Below are positions 58,542-64,000 of a DNA stretch of 64,000 nt, in pieces; the first letter of the stretch is position 1; every line of letters begins with the position of its first letter. A program made the translations under genes and the position numbers. The DNA lies in assembly GCA_965222225.1 (NCBI GenBank), contig CBDCTK010000002.1:736001-800000 (forward strand), in the 5' to 3' direction. Under the pieces are notes generated by a model that made no database searches, was not told where the DNA came from, and saw only the letters and a list, made by a program, of their open reading frames with translations. This DNA is from Candidatus Poribacteria bacterium. GTDB lineage: Bacteria; Poribacteria; WGA-4E; JAJDTR01.

Positions 58542-59585
58542 TAGGAGTTACGCAGTTGGCTGAAGCGTATAAAGAGGTTGTGCCAAATAAGCCCGTACCG
58601 CATCTCTGACAATAGAGAGTTTTGCATCAAACCAACTGATACCGGTATGATAGCAATAGTGCTCAATTCTCAGAAAGGCTCTCAGCGCTAAACCGATATG
58701 ATTTCTTTGAGTGCGAGCAGAGCGCACTTGTGCGCGTTCAATGCCAACAAATTGCTTAATCCCGCGATGATATTCTTCTATTGTCCAAGACCATTCGGCA
58801 TATTTGAGACGCGTCAATTCGTCCATCTGTAAATCATTCGTTGCCCAATATTCAATGTCACCTTCTGGAGTGTCAACCTTAAATACTCGAATCAATCCAT
58901 AGCCTTTGAGATGGACAATTGTACCTGTTGATTCACTCGGAAGCGTACTCACCGGACGGTTACCGGAATAATCTTTACTGACAAGTCGGTTGGCAGCTAG
59001 ACGAGTAAGCCACTTCCAACCATGACCTCGCACCGCTTTTAGATTCTTTAGACTGGCATACCAACTATCAAAACACACACATTCAGGAGCAAAACCGCGT
59101 GTTTTCGCTTCTTCAAGCATGGCGCGGAAATGCTCATTCTTCGTCAAGCCGTCTTTGGCTTTATCATAGATTCGATAATCACACGGAATATGTCTATCGC
59201 CATCCGTCCAGAGCAAAGTGACCAAGTTAATCCCATTCACAACTCGGTGGTGTTTCCCTGACCAGTGTTTTGTCACGAGTTCAATCTTTTGTGAATAAGG
59301 TTTATCCAGAGTCGAGTCATCTATAACTAAAATTCCGGATTCTAATTTCACCTGATTTCTCGATTCTTGCCGCAGTTTGCCAGTATCGGGTTCCTCTCGA
59401 TGCAAGAGCCGTGTTATCGAATCGTGAGCCGGAGGATTATCAGCTTGGGGTTGAACTTTTTCCGATTCAAGACAACTGTAACTTTTCTGAGCGGCTACCA
59501 AGAAATCAATATAGTCAGTGTCAGTATATTTAGGGGGATTCATACTCAAATTATAACCTATTTTCACTCAACTGCGTAACTCCTA
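58542..59585 (-). mobile_element. IS701-family insertion sequence (1044 bp)
   Basis: Perfect 17-bp TIRs taggagttacgcagttg/caactgcgtaactccta; TCTAGT direct repeats at 58536-58541 and 59586-59591. Confidence 0.93.
58548..59543 (-). CDS. IS701-family DDE transposase, intact
   Basis: MNPPKY..YIDFL, HDSITR, IDDSTLDKPY, FDSWY and W.IEEYHR.IKQ motifs. Confidence 0.92.
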   Translation of the reverse strand: MNPPKYTDTDYIDFLVAAQKSYSCLESEKVQPQADNPPAHDSITRLLHREEPDTGKLRQESRNQVKLESGILVIDDSTLDKPYSQKIELVTKHWSGKHHRVVNGINLVTLLWTDGDRHIPCDYRIYDKAKDGLTKNEHFRAMLEEAKTRGFAPECVCFDSWYASLKNLKAVRGHGWKWLTRLAANRLVSKDYSGNRPVSTLPSESTGTIVHLKGYGLIRVFKVDTPEGDIEYWATNDLQMDELTRLKYAEWSWTIEEYHRGIKQFVGIERAQVRSARTQRNHIGLALRAFLRIEHYCYHTGISWFDAKLSIVRDAVRAYLAQPLYTLQPTA

Positions 59586-59861
59586 TCTAGTATAAAGTCG
59601 TTCGCAATGCCTACACCTGCGAGTCGAATCCGTATTGGCGCTGGTACATGCCGGGCAATACCAAATCAACTTTGGTTCAATTCGCCAGAAGTATATAGGA
59701 AAGAACGCCTCTGGCATAAGAGCCGTTCCGAGAGCCCAATACAATGATTGACCCCGAAGTTTTGCATCCTTGTACACCCAAAACGCCGAACCAACGTGAA
59801 TTATCCCAAGTAGGAAAAATAGGTATATCTGTTGTGCTAGCAAGCAGGGACCCCTTCCAAT

Positions 59862-61130
59862 TCAATATTCATTCGTTTTCAACTCGCGGAAAAGTTGCAT
59901 AATCCCGTCCTGGATTTGTCCTTCGATAGAAAGTTCTAATGGCCAACGATAGTTGATTGAAGCCTCGTACCCACCACGTGCGCCGAGAGGTCGTAGTCTT
60001 TCTTGGTTGCAACGTATCCTATGCCTCGATTGGTGTATCCTAAGACCACGGTGGTTTGAAGGGGGAGGTTTCGTCCGCAAGCAACTGATATTCGGCGAAT
60101 GCCTCACTCGGTAGAAACACAAAGCACAACTCGTCGCCAATGGAAAAAGCGCTCATGGGAAAGGAGAGAAATTCCTGACTGACTCCGCTAATTATTCGTT
60201 GTAACCGTTCGCGGTGTCGGGAATCCGGTTCTTGCTCCAACATTTTTCTACAGGCCTTAACAGATGGATGCCAGTGCGGAAGAGACACGTCAAGCGCGGA
60301 CGCTTTGAACGACTTGGCGGAAACGGTTTCCGCATGAGCCAATGCGTTTTTTTTTTTGCAAAAACCAATGAAAGTCCCGCGGCATCAGCCGCGTCGTACC
60401 CACCCCGTAATGGATACCCGTTAATGTTAGCGCAGCATCCTTGGGCAAACATGAGAACTCCTTGCGGATTACTGTATTTGTCGAGTAAGTTACGCAAATG
60501 TCCAACAGCATACCCCGGAACGTCGGTGGTGATTGCTTCGCTTACCCAATGCACGATGACGGGGTGCGCCGCGTGAGAGAAGAGCACGGCGATTCGTTTG
60601 CCATCGTGTGACCGTAAACACCCAAGACGTCCACCCACGGTACGATCGCCCCCTTGGGATTTACGTCCATGGTGATATTTCCATCGTCGCCCATCAAGCG
60701 TCAATTGTAACCGATTTGTACCGGCTCGCATCCAACACGAAGCGTGGCATTCTTAAGATAATCAAAGGCGCGTCGAACCAATTGGCTCAAGATACTAGCA
60801 AGCCATTCGCCGGACCGCGGTGCCTGAGCGCGCCCATCAACCCCGGCAGCATCGTGCGTATGACTCCAGTTGACAGCAATGTTCGTTTTGGGAATTCCAG
60901 TGGCCTTCTCTATGGCGCCGAGTATTACCGGTCCATCCAAGCTGCCGATATCTACCGTGATGATGGCGAGGCGTTGTGTGCCATCGCTCATTAACAAAGC
61001 ACGAGCATACAACTCATCTCATCATGGACATCCTCAAGATCTTCGGGAGCCTTGTCTATGAGTCTGAGGACTCTTTGCGTTGGCTCGTCCTTGACGCGAG
61101 TGATAATAGTCTCGGCAAGCACCTGCCATC
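59862..61130 (-). pseudogene. Neutral/alkaline ceramidase-like hydrolase, multiply frameshifted
   Basis: Fragments in changing frames: ELYARALLMSDG, NWSHTH, IGYNR, LFSHAAHP, DVPG, FAQGCCANIN, LPSEAFAEY and GGYEA. Confidence 0.75.
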
Positions 61131-61550
61131 AAATCGGGAGGATTGCCTGTGGCGCCACTGTAGGCTGTGTCAGCAATAGTGGTCAATGCGGAAAAAGTTG
61201 CCATTGTGCCACCTTTTGATGATTGTGTTTGATGGTCCTCAACGATGCCACAACCGAGAAGGGGTCAGAAACTGCTTTGTTCGTTAACCTTTCATTCGGA
61301 TTTGGATCTTTATCTAAAAGAGGATTTCCAATAACCGAAGCTCGATTGGCACGGATTAACATCTTTGGCTACATGTGGAATCATTGTAACGGTTTTGTAC
61401 TTCACGGTCAACCAAAATGCATCGCGAGTTAGCCACGCCGCAGTCGAGTTTGTACTTGCAATCGTCTCTATAAGTGTGGTAATATCCTCACAGGATTGTA
61501 ATCACCAAGGCCATAATCTGTCGATTTCCCTCCTTTCAACGAAATGTCCG

Positions 61551-62255
61551 ATGGACAGCCATCAATTTATCTCTGTTCGAGAGAATATCAAAATCGTTCA
61601 GTATCGAATTGCATCAGCTGCACAGCGTGTCGGGCGAGATGCAAGTTCAATAGAGCTTGTAGCCATTTCCAAAACCAAGCCTTTGAGCCTGATTGTAGAA
61701 GCGATTGACGCAGGCGTTACGGATATAGGTGAGAATCGTGTGCAAGAAGCGACAAGCAAGCACTCTCAGATCAATCGCCCTGTAAAATGGCATCTCGTGG
61801 GACATTTGCAAACCAACAAGGTTAAGCAGGCGTTGCAGATGTTTGATCTAATTCATTCGGTAGACAGTTTGCGGCTTCTCGCCGAAATCAATCGCCGTTC
61901 CTGTCAATTGAGTTGTCAAACAGACGCGTTGGTCGAAGTCAATACCTCCGGTGAAGAAAGTAAGTACGGTCTGCAACCCAATAAAGTGCCAAGTTTCATG
62001 GAGTCCGCTCTAGAGTATACACATGTTCATATAAAGGGACTCATGACAGTCGGAACATTTGTGCCCGACCCGGAGGAGGTTCGTCCGTCATTTACTTTAC
62101 TTAGAAAGATTAAGGAAGCAATCGACAGTCAAGGATATCCAAATATCCAGATGAAATATCTTTCGATGGGAATGACAAACGACTTTGAGGTTGCAATTGA
62201 AGAAGGGGCAAACATGGTCAGAATCGGTTCCGCCATCTTTGGCGAGCGCACCTAG
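61551..62255 (+). CDS. yggS: PLP homeostasis protein
   Basis: LVAISKT, GENRVQE, WHLVGHLQTNK, IHSVD, LSMGMTNDF and VRIGSAIFG motifs. ATG 61551. Confidence 0.95.
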   Translation: MDSHQFISVRENIKIVQYRIASAAQRVGRDASSIELVAISKTKPLSLIVEAIDAGVTDIGENRVQEATSKHSQINRPVKWHLVGHLQTNKVKQALQMFDLIHSVDSLRLLAEINRRSCQLSCQTDALVEVNTSGEESKYGLQPNKVPSFMESALEYTHVHIKGLMTVGTFVPDPEEVRPSFTLLRKIKEAIDSQGYPNIQMKYLSMGMTNDFEVAIEEGANMVRIGSAIFGERT

Positions 62256-63089
62256 ATGCACGGGAGGGTAGCTTTGGACAGGGAATTTCGATTAGGAATT
62301 ATTGGCGTTGGGGGCATGGGGGAGGCGATTCTTCGCGGACTAGTCGGTGACTTGCTCGGTAGCGGCCAGGTTTGGTTGAGTGACATCATAGAGGAAAAGG
62401 TAGATTCTCTGTGTGAGGAACTACAGGTCAACAATTCGACGAGTATCTCGAATCTCGTAGAAAATGTCGACTGTGTGCTTTATGCGGCGAAACCGGGGAA
62501 TGTGTCGACAATTCTGCCTGAAATTGCTACTGTTCTCCAATCTTCGACACAATGGTTGCTTTCAATTGCCGCAGGCGTGCCGACCACAAAGTTTGAATCT
62601 CATTTTTCTTCGCCTACGTCTGTCGTGCGCGTAATGCCGAATCTTGCAGTGACCGCCAAGGCGGCAATTAGCGTAATCGCGAGAGGCAGCACGGCTTCAG
62701 ACCAGCACGTTTCTATCGCTGAGACCCTATTCAACGTCCTTGGACGCTCAATGGTGCGTGAGGAAAAAATCCTTGATGCCGTGACAGCACTCAGCGGCAG
62801 CGGTCCCGCTTTTGTATTTCTGTTTGTTGAGGCATTCGCCGATGCCGGAGTCCATATAGGGTTGACGCGCGAGGACGCTTATCAATTAGCCGTGCATACC
62901 GTTCTCGGCGCTAGCAAAGTGTTGGACGAAACAGGCGAACACCCCGCTGTTCTTAAAAACCTTGTAACAACGCCAGCCGGAACAACCGCAGCTGGTTTGC
63001 ATGAACTGGAACGTGGGAGGCTACGCGCGGTGGTGACCGAGGCGGTAAGGGCTGCGCTGCGCCGCGCGGAAGAGCTCGCGAATTCATAA
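62256..63089 (+). CDS. proC: Pyrroline-5-carboxylate reductase
   Basis: IGVGGMG, SIAAGV, VRVMPN, ALSGSGPAF and TPAGTT motifs. Confidence 0.95.
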   Translation: MHGRVALDREFRLGIIGVGGMGEAILRGLVGDLLGSGQVWLSDIIEEKVDSLCEELQVNNSTSISNLVENVDCVLYAAKPGNVSTILPEIATVLQSSTQWLLSIAAGVPTTKFESHFSSPTSVVRVMPNLAVTAKAAISVIARGSTASDQHVSIAETLFNVLGRSMVREEKILDAVTALSGSGPAFVFLFVEAFADAGVHIGLTREDAYQLAVHTVLGASKVLDETGEHPAVLKNLVTTPAGTTAAGLHELERGRLRAVVTEAVRAALRRAEELANS

Positions 63090-63111
63090 GGAGCAAAACA
63101 AGGGTCTAAGA

Positions 63112-63387
63112 ATGGGAAATATCCTAATTCCGATAATTCTCGAAGTGATTCAGATTTACATTTGGATTGTTATTGCGAACGCCGTGCTATCATGGTTTAT
63201 CGGTGGAATTCAAAACATGGCAGTTCGAAGGATTTATTGGATAACCAATGCGCTCGTAGATCCTGTGTTAGCTCCTATCCGCCAAGTATTGAGTCCCATG
63301 ATTCGGAATTTCGGATTCGATATCTCGCCTCTGATTTTGTTCATTTTTCTGCGTATCATTGAAAAAATGTTGATAACAATATGGTGA
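63112..63387 (+). CDS. yggT: YggT family membrane protein
   Basis: LSWF...DPVLAPIR...FDISP pattern; follows yggS-proC. Confidence 0.92.
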   Translation: MGNILIPIILEVIQIYIWIVIANAVLSWFIGGIQNMAVRRIYWITNALVDPVLAPIRQVLSPMIRNFGFDISPLILFIFLRIIEKMLITIW

Positions 63388-63567
63388 TAGCAATAGACAC
63401 TAAGGATTTGTCCCAAGGGAGGGTTCTACAAATATCAGGATTAGCCTCATGCGAAACATTGGGCGGCAGAAGTGTTCGACCCGGGGGCGAAATCGCGCTG
63501 CGCCAGCGAAGTAAATCTCTCATTTGTTCACTGCCAATTTTAGCGCGGCGGAATAAGGGAAACCTCA

Positions 63568-64000
63568 ATGCTACCACCTAAGCTTCGGTCACTTTTCCCT
63601 CTTATTTTGGTAGCGATGCCTTGTTTTGCGCTAGATCAGCTGACAAAGTGGCTTGTTGAGCAAAACATTAGACGAGGAAGTTGGTACGTCCTTATTGATG
63701 GAATGATTAATCTGAGGCATGATAGAAACAGCGGCGCGGCTTTTGGAATAATGCCGGGGCAGAATGTACTGCTTATCGTTGTTACAGTTGTCGCTATCGG
63801 TTTTATATTTTTTTACTATCGCCAATTTCAGACCAATCTTTGGATGAGGATTGCACTCGGGTTTCTTCTGGGTGGGGCGATAGGGAATTTTGTTGATCGC
63901 CTTCGTCTAGGCGAGGTTGTCGATTTTCTACAAATAGGAATTCAAAAGGCGGGGCTCTGGTGGCCGACGTTTAACGTTGCAGATATTTGCATTTGCGTTG
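63568..64000 (+). CDS. lspA: Lipoprotein signal peptidase II (runs off window end)
   Basis: Manual translation: DQLTK, NSGAAFG, GGAIGNFVDR, VVDF and FNVAD motifs. Confidence 0.95.
   Translation, partial: MLPPKLRSLFPLILVAMPCFALDQLTKWLVEQNIRRGSWYVLIDGMINLRHDRNSGAAFGIMPGQNVLLIVVTVVAIGFIFFYYRQFQTNLWMRIALGFLLGGAIGNFVDRLRLGEVVDFLQIGIQKAGLWWPTFNVADICICV

Larger units (their letters stand above)
57780..59843 (-). pseudogene. Zn-ribbon + CPBP (CAAX protease/Abi) membrane protein interrupted by IS701
   Basis: Removing the IS and one TSD copy joins ...CRHCERLYTR in frame to EETVLRLHGYPEPSDVMVISLAA... CPBP motifs P..YEVFYRG, F.IFH and I..HSLVN are present. Confidence 0.88.

Noticed and set aside
1-64000. 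CRISPR array, rRNA or tRNA genes
   Set aside because: No regularly spaced repeat-spacer run and no recognisable rRNA or tRNA sequence seen by eye; the repeats found are REP/MITE-type.

Overview
Bacterial chromosomal window, most likely Candidatus Poribacteria. This assignment is inferred from a LamG protein ending in the AVExxGKLATxWGxIK tail, a UBact locus and GTAG-type REP elements. Left to right: (1) 0.5-3.1 kb, decayed mobile/defence genes (two serine-recombinase remnants, a PRTase-like C-terminus, an IS3 orfA remnant). (2) LamG and envelope genes, then a deoC/SDR/sulfatase/Ldh2 cluster. (3) An ~8 kb minus-strand defence island: DUF2971, Type III Res, a cytoplasmic trypsin-like protease, Type III Mod, a 4-TM protein and a ComEC-like MBL hydrolase. 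(4) A pseudogenised class III CoA-transferase and ackA. (5) A complete UBact/Pup-type proteasome operon (arc-dop-ubact-prcB-prcA-pafA) with an Nma111-like HtrA protease upstream. (6) pfkB, glpK, a sigma54 two-component pair, an ABC binding protein, nested MITEs, a rhodanese and a TonB receptor. (7) An envelope operon (TPR lipoprotein, lipoprotein, metallopeptidase-PD40-Omp85 fusion, UPF0182) ending in a small gene missed by the ORF track. It is DUF5069-like, with an in-frame TGA at the family's Cys position followed by a SECIS-like hairpin: a candidate selenoprotein and the top finding. (8) pheA, a CPBP gene split by an intact IS701-family element, a decayed ceramidase-like gene and yggS-proC-yggT-lspA. 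No rRNA, tRNA or CRISPR array was seen. Family assignments come from recognising motifs by eye, not from database searches.
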